Positions 10,039 through 19,533 are shown, counted from the stretch's first letter. The stretch: 64,000 bases of DNA from an uncultured delta proteobacterium (GCA_963827685.1 CAWHBU010000002.1:768001-832000); one strand, 5' to 3'. Program-made: numbers and translations. Notes: generated by a model from the sequence alone, not told the origin.

Positions 10039-11148
10039 TTATTTTTGATCCACCGAATTTGATATGAGTGTTTTATATAATAATTCGAAACAACGCTCAG
10101 TAGCATATTTCTCTCTAACTAACGAGAGCCCGGTCTTCCCCATTTCTTTTCTGAGAAAGCTATTTTCGATTAACAACGCTAATCTCTCCAACCATTCTCC
10201 ACTTGTGGACGCGAAAAAACCGTTCAATCCATCCTCTATTACCTCAAGATGTCCTCCAATAGGACTGCTAACGACGGGTAAACCTGCCGCCATATAAATT
10301 AAGGTTTTCAGAGATGTTTTCCCATGTGCAAACCTATTTCCTTTCAAGGGATTAATTCCTATATTGAAACTAAATACATAGTTTATCATGTCTTCTTCAT
10401 CATAATAAGGTACTGTAATGATTTCTAATCTACCTTCGTCAACTATTGGACATTTTGCATTTCCTATTCCAATAAGTCTTAATTGCAGTGGATATTTTTC
10501 TCCGAGGATATTAAAAATATCTTTAAGGATTTCGATGTGGTGTAATGTACTCTGGCTGCCAATCCATCCTATAACAACTTTGGAGTTTATAATATTCTGC
10601 TTTTCTTCCCTATATGCATCAAATTTATTTAGTGGAATAGAGCTTGGGATCACAGTTACATTTTTATTAAACTTATTAGCATAATCTTTCAAATATTGAT
10701 TACCAGCAATAACAATCTTTGAATTGGTAAGAATGAAGTTCGTATTGTCTTCTGATTCCAAAAACACAGCATCATCATAGTCAAAGACTAAATTTGGGTT
10801 TCTTCTTAAGAGCCTTCGAATAAAATCCCTTGCAAGCGGTAACCATTGGATCAATATGAAATCATATCTACGAGCTGAAAGAAATACCTTTATTTCAACC
10901 CATTTATGATACAATACATTTACATATCTTAGGAACCCTTTTAAAAGTAGTCTTAATAAAGATAAAATGCCTCCATTAATTATTAATCGGTCACAATATT
11001 TCAGAATCGCCGGGTGATGGTAATTTAGAACCTTACATCTAATAGAATGTTCCTGAAAATAGGGAATATAATTTAGAACTCTAACCTTACCGCTTGGAAT
11101 CAAATCAGAGCAGGGAATCAAAAAGAGTATTTTTTTGATCGTTTGCAT
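10039..11148 (-). CDS. Glycosyltransferase family 4
   Basis: FDYDDAVF, IGWIGS, KTLIYMAAGLPVVSSPIG; visibly AT-rich. Confidence 0.88.
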   Translation of the reverse strand: MQTIKKILFLIPCSDLIPSGKVRVLNYIPYFQEHSIRCKVLNYHHPAILKYCDRLIINGGILSLLRLLLKGFLRYVNVLYHKWVEIKVFLSARRYDFILIQWLPLARDFIRRLLRRNPNLVFDYDDAVFLESEDNTNFILTNSKIVIAGNQYLKDYANKFNKNVTVIPSSIPLNKFDAYREEKQNIINSKVVIGWIGSQSTLHHIEILKDIFNILGEKYPLQLRLIGIGNAKCPIVDEGRLEIITVPYYDEEDMINYVFSFNIGINPLKGNRFAHGKTSLKTLIYMAAGLPVVSSPIGGHLEVIEDGLNGFFASTSGEWLERLALLIENSFLRKEMGKTGLSLVREKYATERCFELLYKTLISNSVDQK

Positions 11149-11239
11149 TTAGGTTCTCACGCACCTACGAAGACAACCGCAGGTTCCTTCTATCCGTACA
11201 AAATACAATTTATGTAAAGTTAATTTCTGATTTTCCATT

Positions 11240-12223
11240 CTACGTTTTTCTTGCCCAAACAGTCATTCTTCCGGTTTGACCAAGGCATGCTAAAATATAA
11301 GCAATTGGATATAATAAATAATGTATTCTATTAGCACTATTTGGAAATTGAATTAGCTTTCCTGTAAGCCTGTTTCTTAATCCAGCATCTGAGAGCGAAT
11401 AGCCAATACTGGGAAAAAGATTATAGAGTACTCGCTGGTGGTGAATCTTTACTAACCGCCATCCTCCTGAATTAAGTACCTTCTTTATAGTCTTCGGCGT
11501 GAAATGGAATAAGTGGTTTGGCAAATGTAAAGCATACCAGCAATCTCTGAAGAGTTGAAATTCATAAGATGCTGCGTTTGGAAGAGAGAGAATCAGCCAT
11601 CCTCCGGGTTTTGTCCATTTATACAATCTTTTAAGCGCATGGACTGGATCATGCAGGTGTTCGAGCACCATCCAACCTACAACCAAGTCTAATTCTTCTT
11701 GTAGATCCGGCGCTTCTTCAAGCGGACCAATATGAATTGAATAACCCGTTGCGTTTACATTCGCTCCAGCATGGTCAGATAATTCAACCCCTGCCACATC
11801 CCACCCTTCAAGAGCCATCTGATGCAAAAAAGCGCCGGAGGCACACCCAATTTCTAATAACCTTCCCGGCTTCAAAACTGGTAGACGTGTGTTATTAAAT
11901 TGGAATATCTTTCGCACCAGTTGTTTCCATAATGCTTGATTTTGATTTCCAACCTTTTCTTTTTCGATTTTTGTTCCGAGATAGGGACCATAATTGTCCG
12001 GATAATAAAAAGCAATTGTATCAAGAGTTGGACGTGGGCTAGTTCGCACGAGACCGCATTGCCTGCAACGAACTACGTTAAATTCACCTGGCAAATCATG
12101 GAGTCTATCACGTCCCGTAAACAGCAATACGTCGTCTTTTTTACTACACAACGGACAAGGTTTATCTTCAAGCTCCACCTGATTCTTAAAAGAATTCTTC
12201 ATTTTCTTGCTATCAGCTTCCAA
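11240..12223 (-). CDS. Class I SAM methyltransferase with N-terminal Zn ribbon
   Basis: CPLC...CRQCGL, LLEIGCASG, MVLEHLHDP, LHLPNHLFHFTP. Confidence 0.9.
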   Translation of the reverse strand: MEADSKKMKNSFKNQVELEDKPCPLCSKKDDVLLFTGRDRLHDLPGEFNVVRCRQCGLVRTSPRPTLDTIAFYYPDNYGPYLGTKIEKEKVGNQNQALWKQLVRKIFQFNNTRLPVLKPGRLLEIGCASGAFLHQMALEGWDVAGVELSDHAGANVNATGYSIHIGPLEEAPDLQEELDLVVGWMVLEHLHDPVHALKRLYKWTKPGGWLILSLPNAASYEFQLFRDCWYALHLPNHLFHFTPKTIKKVLNSGGWRLVKIHHQRVLYNLFPSIGYSLSDAGLRNRLTGKLIQFPNSANRIHYLLYPIAYILACLGQTGRMTVWARKT

Positions 12224-12267
12224 CCTTAAGAATCATTTGTATACTTTTATACTGACTTACAGACTCT

Positions 12268-13529
12268 TCACTGATCTTCATATGGCAATGTTTTCAAGAA
12301 ATAAATTTGCAGGATAAGATTAACGAGATAATAAATACTTATTGAAACTGCCAGTCCGCCTAATTTAAATAGATAAAACGCCAAGATTTTAAGGGGAACA
12401 TAGGTAGTATAAGTCCAAATTCCTATCTTTGTCGGCGTTCGCGTATCGCCTTTTGCGTAATATGTCGAAGACGTAATTGTACCCATCCCCCCCCCAACCC
12501 ATAACCCTCCCAAAGCGACAAGCAACCACCAAAGGGTTGAAATATTCTGAGCGTCAAAGTGTTTGTGACCGAACAAGGGAGTAAGCAATGGTTTACCGAA
12601 AATCAAAACTACCAGAAAACCTAAAACTGTGAGCCCTCCCATCAAAAGTAGTCGCTTGAAGAGAATATGCCGAAAAGCCTGCCAATCGCGAGCGTGGGCT
12701 TTTTCGGCCATCACAGGAATCATAGGGGTAGCAATAGACTTATTGAGAATGGTATTTCCAGATCCATATAGTTGTTGTGCCATATACAATAAAGTTAGAC
12801 CCCCCGCAGGCGCCATAGAGGCCAAAATGCGATCTACTAATTGATCGGTCTTATAATAGGTATTTCCTAAGAGTAGCGGTTTCAGCCTATGCCAGGCCTC
12901 TTTTAAAGATTCGCTACGCCAGTCTGGTTTGCTATAGGGCCCAACCCACGGAGTAGAAAAAGCGTTTGCAAAAATGTCTTTAGGATCATCGCCCAGGCAG
13001 CAGCGACTATTCCGAAACGTGATAGCCCCCAGATCAAAAGTCCAAAACCAATCACATTTGAGATAATTGAACTCAGTTCAACCCATATGAATCGCTGCCG
13101 CGCATAATTAATAGACCAGAGAACTGCCGTAAGCGCGGTAAAAATGACCCCCACTAATTGGATTCTTACCAGCAAAAGAGTGAGGGATTTCGTATCGGCG
13201 TCGAAGCCTGGTACTGTCCATGGTACCCAAATGCCTGAGGTGAGAAACAAGATACATGTAATTGCACTAAAAAGAAGTCCAATACTCTGAAAATAAATCC
13301 ATGCGTCCTTATAAAATCCTAATTCTCTCTGATTTGATAACAAAGGAACCAACACATGGGTTAATGAACCAGCGATGATCGCTAAAACCAATTGTGGGAC
13401 AACCATCCCAGCGTAGAGGGCATCTGTCTCTGCCCCTGGACCTACCGTCGTGACGATATACCATTGAAAAATAAATCCCAGTAGGACATTTCCACTGGCT
13501 AAGCCGCCCAATAAGACCGCAAGACGCAT
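12268..13529 (-). pseudogene. MurJ/MviN-like (MOP family) lipid-linked glycan flippase split by a 1-nt frameshift near 12940 (pseudogene or assembly error)
   Basis: ORFs 12903-13529 (GPGAETDALYAG) and 12268-12825 (YYAKGDTRTP) join if one base is added at GGGCCC; bridging frame YSKPDWRSESLKEAWHRLKPLLLGNTYYKTDQLVDRILAS is open. Confidence 0.8.
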
Positions 13530-13598
13530 GTTTAGCTCTGTTTTTCAGATTGTCGAAAATCTACTTGACTCAAAATGACTCTCTCTCCAGACAAATTT

Positions 13599-14750
13599 TC
13601 ATCTCCATCCTGTAGTCAGAATCTGAAATATCTCTGTTTTCCAATCAAAATCGAACCCTTTTTTTCTTTCCCGGCATAAGGTTTTCATCTTTTCGTAAAA
13701 TAGAACATCCGAGAAGGCCCGCTCAATTTTATGGGTAATAGCTTTTTCGTCTGAAGGATCAAACATTAATTCTTCATATTGAAGAATATCCTTTATTCCG
13801 GGGATATTACTTCCCGTGCAAGGTAACCCAGATCCTAATGCCTCCAACATTGCATTTGGCATGCCTTCGCTCAATGAGGGTAATACAAAAAGATCAGAAG
13901 CAAGATAAATCTTCCACAGATCTTCTTTTTCAAGCCAGCCTGTAAAAATAACCTGTTTGTCAACCTCTAATCTTTTTACCAGCTTTTGCAGGGATTCCTT
14001 ATACCACAAATCGACTCGTGTTGAACTATCTCCCACCACTAAAAGATAAAGATTTTCTATTCCTATTTGGGGTAGGCAATTGATAAGGGTTTCAATATTC
14101 TTACCCCGGGTTGGAATCCCAGCCGTGACCAATACCTTTGCATTTCCAGGAATGCCATATTTATCCCTCGTCTGAAGAACATCTTCCTTTTCTCTAATGC
14201 TTATCGGAGGAATGTTGTTATGGAGAACCTGAACATCGATGTTCCTTATCTTGCCCAAACTTTTTGATATTTCATCTCGAGCAGCAGAATTGTTGGTGAT
14301 GATCTTATCGGAGAAAAGAAGACCGTAATATTCAATCATTTTATTCAGAAGAATTAAGACGGTAGAGGAATGTTGCGTTCTCAAACCAAAAGAAAAGTTC
14401 CCACGGATAAAAGTCACCATTGGTCTTTGTAGAAAACATTTAGAGAAACCCAGTACGAAGGCATACAGAGACCCAAAGGCAACCACGACGTCAATCCTAT
14501 TCCTCCAGCCTATCCATAACGACCAAAGTGGGAAAAAGAAGAGGACCGTCAATTTTGCCATCGAGCTTTCTTTATTTCTAAATGGATAAAATAGGATATG
14601 GTTATAAAAACAAGGATTCTCAATGTGAATCGGTTTTAAAGAAAGACAGTGTACTTCCCAGCGTCTTTCTAAAAAGGCTTCAAGCATCATTATGAACCTG
14701 TCGTAAGCTCCCCCTCTCCTAATCGTATACATGGCTGTCATAACCTTCAT
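13599..14750 (-). CDS. Glycosyltransferase family 4
   Basis: RRGGAYDR, SEGMPNAMLEALGSGLP. Confidence 0.92.
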   Translation of the reverse strand: MKVMTAMYTIRRGGAYDRFIMMLEAFLERRWEVHCLSLKPIHIENPCFYNHILFYPFRNKESSMAKLTVLFFFPLWSLWIGWRNRIDVVVAFGSLYAFVLGFSKCFLQRPMVTFIRGNFSFGLRTQHSSTVLILLNKMIEYYGLLFSDKIITNNSAARDEISKSLGKIRNIDVQVLHNNIPPISIREKEDVLQTRDKYGIPGNAKVLVTAGIPTRGKNIETLINCLPQIGIENLYLLVVGDSSTRVDLWYKESLQKLVKRLEVDKQVIFTGWLEKEDLWKIYLASDLFVLPSLSEGMPNAMLEALGSGLPCTGSNIPGIKDILQYEELMFDPSDEKAITHKIERAFSDVLFYEKMKTLCRERKKGFDFDWKTEIFQILTTGWR

Positions 14751-14889
14751 TCGACTCCCCTATGACAACGGAGCGAGTTGCCACGATCCATGACAATTGT
14801 GCATGGGTTAGGGTTACGAGGCCCGTTTCGTATATCGTCAAAGGGTTACGGTTAAAGTATGTTGAATCCGAACAACCTAGCCGAATGGC

Positions 14890-14920
14890 GATACGGGCAT
14901 CCTCACCCTTACCGTTGGAC
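14890..14920 (-). promoter_or_regulatory. Conserved oriented motif, copy 1 (GTCCAACGGTAAGGGTGAGGATGCCCGTATC)
   Basis: 29/31 identical to 46321-46351; 22/27 to 15696-15722; function unknown. Confidence 0.6.
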
Positions 14921-14932
14921 AAAACTTATTCT

Positions 14933-15556
14933 CTAACTAATATCCTTAATATAAATTGAATTCCGGCTGAAGATATCTTCAAGCCTTTCCCTCTTTTTTT
15001 CGTTATCTGTTAACGAAGTGATCAATATCCCATCGGGTTTCAGTTCCTGTACCCGACTCACGGGTTCTATTTCGTAGCCAAAGATAATTCGAGGTGTCAT
15101 TTTCTCATCATCTTCAACAATCCCAACCAACTTCAAATTCACTCCTTGAAGCGTAATGTAGGCTACTTCCATTTCGTCGCTGACCCCGTAAAAAACAATC
15201 CGCTGTAACCCATCGTGTTGCATCTCCAATAGCCTCTGACTAATAATTTTCTTCAATTCTGAATAATGTTGAATGATATAAGAAATGAGATGAAGACTAA
15301 GTTTTGTCCTCTCTGCAAAACCTTTTGGAGTTAAATAGTATCCGATTTTCCGATGATTTAGACCTCGGATTCGAATGAACCCTTTCCGGGCCATCCTTTT
15401 TAAACAGGCATTCGTTACCCCTAGGGCGATGCCAAATTTGTGACTCAACTCACGCTGTGAAACAATAGGATTTTTCTCCAACTCTTCAAGAAGGCGCAGA
15501 TCTCTTATTTCTCTAGATGGTTTAAATATGCTTGGGCTTTCTACCTGTTTTTCCAT
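14933..15556 (-). CDS. Winged-helix MarR-type EPS-associated transcriptional regulator with C-terminal Rossmann-like domain
   Basis: SQRELSHKFGIALGVTNACLKRMARKG, YYLTPKGFAER; C-terminal IVFYGVSDEMEVAY. Confidence 0.88.
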   Translation of the reverse strand: MEKQVESPSIFKPSREIRDLRLLEELEKNPIVSQRELSHKFGIALGVTNACLKRMARKGFIRIRGLNHRKIGYYLTPKGFAERTKLSLHLISYIIQHYSELKKIISQRLLEMQHDGLQRIVFYGVSDEMEVAYITLQGVNLKLVGIVEDDEKMTPRIIFGYEIEPVSRVQELKPDGILITSLTDNEKKRERLEDIFSRNSIYIKDIS

Positions 15557-15695
15557 TTTGGCGACTGATCGTTAAGTCTTCTAACCATTGAACCGGGAAA
15601 ATGGTTTTGGGTAAATGCTACGAAGCCAATTTGGTCCACAGTTGAATGGTTACATGAAAGGTTTTAAAGCCCAACAACATGGCCCTTTAACCAAA

Positions 15696-15722
15696 CCGGC
15701 ATCGTTACCCTTACCTCTGGAC
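15696..15722 (-). promoter_or_regulatory. Conserved oriented motif, copy 2 (GTCCAGAGGTAAGGGTAACGATGCCGG)
   Basis: Similar to copies 1 and 3; ~140 nt upstream of the MarR-type gene. Confidence 0.5.
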
Positions 15723-15928
15723 TATTGACTTTTAATGTTTTGGCAACTTTTGTAAATCATGAGGCTATTTTTGTAATCCGTTCATTATCCGAACATAAAA
15801 ATGAAAAAAATAATAATTATCTTAAGCATCCGAAGTTATTGAAAAAAAATAGCAAACATTAATTTCTCACACGGTTTGAATTGATTATTATTGAAAAGAA
15901 ATAAGCAACTTCTATACCATCTTAACAT

Positions 15929-17098
15929 TTAAGAGAGCAGAAGATTTGAATAGATATTCTTTATTCTTTCGATGGTTACTGGCCAGACTACCTTTTCCCT
16001 TACAATTGAAGAATTTCTTGTTCGGCTCTCTCTCACCAACTCTTCATCTCGAATGGCATCAATAATTCTGGCTGCCAGACATCTCTCTTCGTCAACAGGA
16101 ACCAGGAACCCGTTCTGGCCAGTAATAATCCATTCTCTATTAGCAGGAATGTCTGTTACAATGGGAAAGGCCCCAGAGCCCATCGCCTCAAGCAAAGAAA
16201 CCGATGTCCCATCGTGTAGAGAGGTGGATACATAAATTTCTGCTTGAGATAAGAGGTTTGGCATTTCCTCATGGGGCACCCGCCCCAAAAATTCTACAGA
16301 TGAATTAATGTTCAAGTTCTTTACTTGTCTTTCCAAGACATTTTTCTCAGTTCCATCTCCTGCGATCCGAAACCTTGTTTCTGGCAACTCTTTGAGAACA
16401 ATTGGAATGGCCCGAATTAACAAAGAAACATTATAGATCGGGAGAAGGTTCCGATTGCTGAGAATTGTGATAGGTTTGTTCCCCAATTCCACTCCCCTAT
16501 TCTTCCCGCTCTCTAAAAATGCTGCATCAATACCCATTGGAATTGTCGAGATTTTTTCGCTTGGGACACCCAATCGTTCTAATTCTTTTTTCTGCACCTC
16601 TGAAACACAATTAAGGTGAGCAGCATTCCTGCACACATAGACAAAGAGTTTTCTGAGAAATCCACCCTTTTCCAAAGCCATCCTAAGATCGGAACCGTGG
16701 ATCGTCACAATCATCGGCTTTCTTAGAAGGAGACCAACCGTAACGCCGATGAGTCCAGTCGGAATTGCCCAGTGGACATGAATCAAATAGCATCTGTTCT
16801 TGAGCATCGCATATAAAGTCAAAAGGACCCCGGTGATGTAATAAAGAACCATTCTCAAAAAAGGAATCTCTTTATGTTCAATCAAGAGTTTGTTTCTAGC
16901 AAAGAAAGGAAAACGATATACCATTATTCCATTCTGCTCTTCGAAATACTGACTCCCCTTGTAAATCTTTGGGGTAACGACGGAGATTTCATATCCATCA
17001 TCTCGTAGCAGTTCGGCCATCCTTTTTATGAAAATGCCTCGATGGGAAGATTCAAAGTCAGGATAAGCATTCGTAAGGAAGAGGATTGACTTACTCAT
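15929..17098 (-). CDS. Glycosyltransferase family 4
   Basis: HVHWAIPTG, TIHGSD, DGTSVSLLEAMGSG. Confidence 0.92.
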   Translation of the reverse strand: MSKSILFLTNAYPDFESSHRGIFIKRMAELLRDDGYEISVVTPKIYKGSQYFEEQNGIMVYRFPFFARNKLLIEHKEIPFLRMVLYYITGVLLTLYAMLKNRCYLIHVHWAIPTGLIGVTVGLLLRKPMIVTIHGSDLRMALEKGGFLRKLFVYVCRNAAHLNCVSEVQKKELERLGVPSEKISTIPMGIDAAFLESGKNRGVELGNKPITILSNRNLLPIYNVSLLIRAIPIVLKELPETRFRIAGDGTEKNVLERQVKNLNINSSVEFLGRVPHEEMPNLLSQAEIYVSTSLHDGTSVSLLEAMGSGAFPIVTDIPANREWIITGQNGFLVPVDEERCLAARIIDAIRDEELVRESRTRNSSIVREKVVWPVTIERIKNIYSNLLLS

Positions 17099-17109
17099 GG
17101 ATTACTCTT

Positions 17110-17138
17110 GCATAGGGCATAGAGCATGGGGCATAGAG
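17110..17138. repeat. 7-mer array GCAT(A/G)G(A/G) x4
   Basis: gcatagg gcataga gcatggg gcataga; inverted partner at 17536-17557. Confidence 0.85.
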
Positions 17139-17142
17139 TTCT

Positions 17143-17499
17143 TTACGTCAAAGACCCCTTGAAATTGGTTATTTGTCGGCAAAGACGATCAAGATGTATT
17201 AAAAATACATCTAAACGTTCGTTTGAGATAAGATTCCTTTTCTGCAATAAAATCAGTATATTAGCATTTTCAAAGGTAGACCTTCGGGCCATATTCAAAT
17301 ATTGTTTGAACTCTTTCTTCGAAGAAGAGCCTGAACCCTCCGCTATGTTATTTGACATAGACATCCCTGCTCCCCGTAATTGTTCCGCAAATCGATATAG
17401 TTTTTTCTCTTCAAGTTCATCAGCAATGTCAAATAGTTCGTCTGCAATCTGAATCGCCAATTGTCAGATTTTCAGATCCTGAAATCTAAATTTCGCCAT
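17143..17499 (-). pseudogene. Four-helix-bundle protein with in-frame TGA at codon 12
   Basis: GAGGGAG RBS, ATG 17499: MAKFRFQDLKI*QLAIQIAD...QLRGAGMSMSNNIAEGSG...ARRSTFE; the family normally has Trp at the stop position. Confidence 0.85.
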
Positions 17500-17535
17500 C
17501 TTTCTCCCTCAACTTTCTATTCCTTTGATTCTTTA

Positions 17536-17557
17536 CTCTATGCCCTATGCTCAATGC
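17536..17557. repeat. Inverted 7-mer array (ctctatgc cctatgc tcaatgc) overlapping the GT2 stop codon
   Basis: Reverse complement GCATTGA GCATAGG GCATAGAG matches the 17110-17138 unit. Confidence 0.8.
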
Positions 17558-18506
17558 CTTTTTCAATTTCCTTTTTCAGTTCAAGATTCTCCTTCTGAAT
17601 GCGGAGAATCTCTCGACGAAGAGAGACAATCTGGATAGCAATAAATCCGAAAGAAAGTATTTGGATACCGCCCAAAATCAACAATAGAGCGAATGTAATT
17701 AACGGTCTTCCGGCAGTTAATTCCCCTGAAAATCTCAAATAGGCAATGTATATGCCAATCAAGAAGCCAATTCCAACTGTAACAAGGCCAAGAAAACCAA
17801 ATATAATCATTGGCTTTTCAAAAACAGAAAAAACCAGGTGGGTAAGCGTTGTCTTCCGAAATTTAAATTTTGATCTTCCCTTTTTCCGACCAGTTAGAAT
17901 TGTGGGGATCTCTTTGACGCGGTAACCAAGGGCTAACGCCTTAGACAGAATTTCGAGGTGGATTTCTTTCCCATCTGATTCAAGTTCAAGGGAGTCAAGA
18001 ACCTTTCTGCGATATGCGCGAAAGATTCCGGTCGAAGTATAAATCCGGTTGGGCATCGCAAATCGAAGTATTTTGTTTCCGACTTTGCTGATCCACAGGC
18101 GAAGCGTTGGGACGTTCTTAACACCTCCTCCAGGCATATATGGAGACGCAATGACGAAGTCAATGTCAGGTTCTGCTTTCAAGGTATCGGCGAAATCAAT
18201 TATATAACGGGGGTCATAGCTCAAATCGGCATCAAGGGATACGACGATCTCCCCGTTTGATCCCTTAAATCCTGTCCTTAGAGCCATGCCCCGACCAATA
18301 TTTCTTGAATAAGAAACTACTCTTACTTTCCCATTTTGTGCTGCTAGTCGTTTCAAAATTTCCAGTGTATTATCAAGGCTTCCATCATTCACCGCAACAA
18401 TCTCATAGGTGCCTTGAAAAAAAGCCATTGCCTCTTCAACCCGTTTCAGAGTTGATTCTACGTTTTCAGCTTCATTAAACATTGGGATGACGATTGAAAG
18501 ATCCAT
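17538..18506 (-). CDS. GT2 polyprenyl-phosphate glycosyltransferase-like (DPM1/ArnC/GtrB type), two C-terminal TMs
   Basis: MDLSIVIPMFNE, NDGSLD, DADLSYDP; start 18506 preferred over 18590. Confidence 0.88.
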   Translation of the reverse strand: MDLSIVIPMFNEAENVESTLKRVEEAMAFFQGTYEIVAVNDGSLDNTLEILKRLAAQNGKVRVVSYSRNIGRGMALRTGFKGSNGEIVVSLDADLSYDPRYIIDFADTLKAEPDIDFVIASPYMPGGGVKNVPTLRLWISKVGNKILRFAMPNRIYTSTGIFRAYRRKVLDSLELESDGKEIHLEILSKALALGYRVKEIPTILTGRKKGRSKFKFRKTTLTHLVFSVFEKPMIIFGFLGLVTVGIGFLIGIYIAYLRFSGELTAGRPLITFALLLILGGIQILSFGFIAIQIVSLRREILRIQKENLELKKEIEKGIEHRA

Positions 18507-18598
18507 TTTTAAACCAAACGACTCCTTTTCCAGCTTTCTATAATGATCAAACAAAAAAAGCAAGATAAATAAATTATCTTGCTTTCCCATTCAGTTAA

Positions 18599-18624
18599 CG
18601 CTGTGCGCCATGCACTTTGCTATT
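18599..18624 (-). repeat. Heptamer-array element AATAGCAAAGTGCATGGCGCACAGCG
   Basis: 23/26 identical to 31940-31965 (opposite strand). Confidence 0.65.
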
Positions 18625-18633
18625 GCCTGAAAT

Positions 18634-19047
18634 CTATTTGGCCCATTTGTCGGCTGGGGTTTTATTTCCGTTGTTGTCAATAAACAAACTCCCGTCACTT
18701 AACTGTCTTGTGGTAAATGGGGCTGCTTGCGCGGTAAATGAATTAGCATTCAAAGCGAACCCCCCAGCCCATTGCAAATTATAATCACCCACTGGGTTTG
18801 CCTGAACTCCCCAGGTTGTTCGAAGCTCGGTTAAATCGGTTGAATAGCCACCCTGCTCCGCCCTCCGCATTTCCTGACCTGCTCTTAATTGTTCTAATGC
18901 TGTTTTGGCATCGGCCCTTCGTGCCCTTTGCATGTAATTTGTATACATGGGGATGGCAATTGCCGCAAGTATTCCTATAATAACTACTACTACCAACAAT
19001 TCGATGAGCGTAAATCCCCTCAGCGATTTCATCGGAAACCTCTTCAT
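18634..19047 (-). CDS. Type IV minor pilin, PilE-like
   Basis: G^FTLIELLVVVVIIGILAAIAIPMY, RARRADAKTAL, FTAQAAP, LFIDNNGNK. Confidence 0.9.
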   Translation of the reverse strand: MKRFPMKSLRGFTLIELLVVVVIIGILAAIAIPMYTNYMQRARRADAKTALEQLRAGQEMRRAEQGGYSTDLTELRTTWGVQANPVGDYNLQWAGGFALNANSFTAQAAPFTTRQLSDGSLFIDNNGNKTPADKWAK

Positions 19048-19485
19048 CTAACTCTTAGGCCTGAACTGGGGCGGAAAATCCGGGGACCATCCCCAATTCC
19101 ACTTTATTGAACTATCACTATCTGTCCTTGGTGTTAAAGTCAATGTTTTGAAATCCACCATTGGATGAATATTTTGTACTGTCGCATTGATTGTGCCATC
19201 CACACCTGAAACCGATAGTGTAAAAATCCTTTTAACAGCCCCCAACCCCACTCCTAAGCTGCTTGCAACCTCAGGAATCGTAGGGCAATCAGGCCAGGAG
19301 CTTTGAGTTTCATAATACCCTGTAACACTACTTGCAACCGTGGACATTGCGTTTTCCACTTCAGATAATTTAGCCATTATTGTATAACCCTTATAAATTG
19401 GGAGTGCAACGGCGGCCAAAATGCCTATGATTGCGATCACCACCAACATCTCGATCAGTGTGAAACCTGATTTATTCTTTTTCAT
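19048..19485 (-). CDS. Type IVa pilin, PilA paralog
   Basis: G^FTLIEMLVVIAIIGILAA; aligns by eye with 19606-20049 (AKLSEV/AKLTEV, SSLGV, C-terminal W-x-W...P.P). Confidence 0.92.
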   Translation of the reverse strand: MKKNKSGFTLIEMLVVIAIIGILAAVALPIYKGYTIMAKLSEVENAMSTVASSVTGYYETQSSWPDCPTIPEVASSLGVGLGAVKRIFTLSVSGVDGTINATVQNIHPMVDFKTLTLTPRTDSDSSIKWNWGWSPDFPPQFRPKS

Positions 19486-19533
19486 TGAAAACCCCTACTT
19501 TCTCAAAACAAAGGGTTCTGTTTTCCAAAATCA

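Noticed and set aside
12486-12495. Long C-run in the flippase 3' half as a phase-variation tract
   Set aside because: It is in frame (encodes Gly-Gly-Gly) and the actual frameshift lies ~450 nt away.
17464-17466. Genome-wide TGA recoding (Trp/Gly) or selenocysteine
   Set aside because: TGA ends many intact genes here (e.g. guaA, mutL), TGG is used for Trp, and the position is a conserved Trp rather than Cys.
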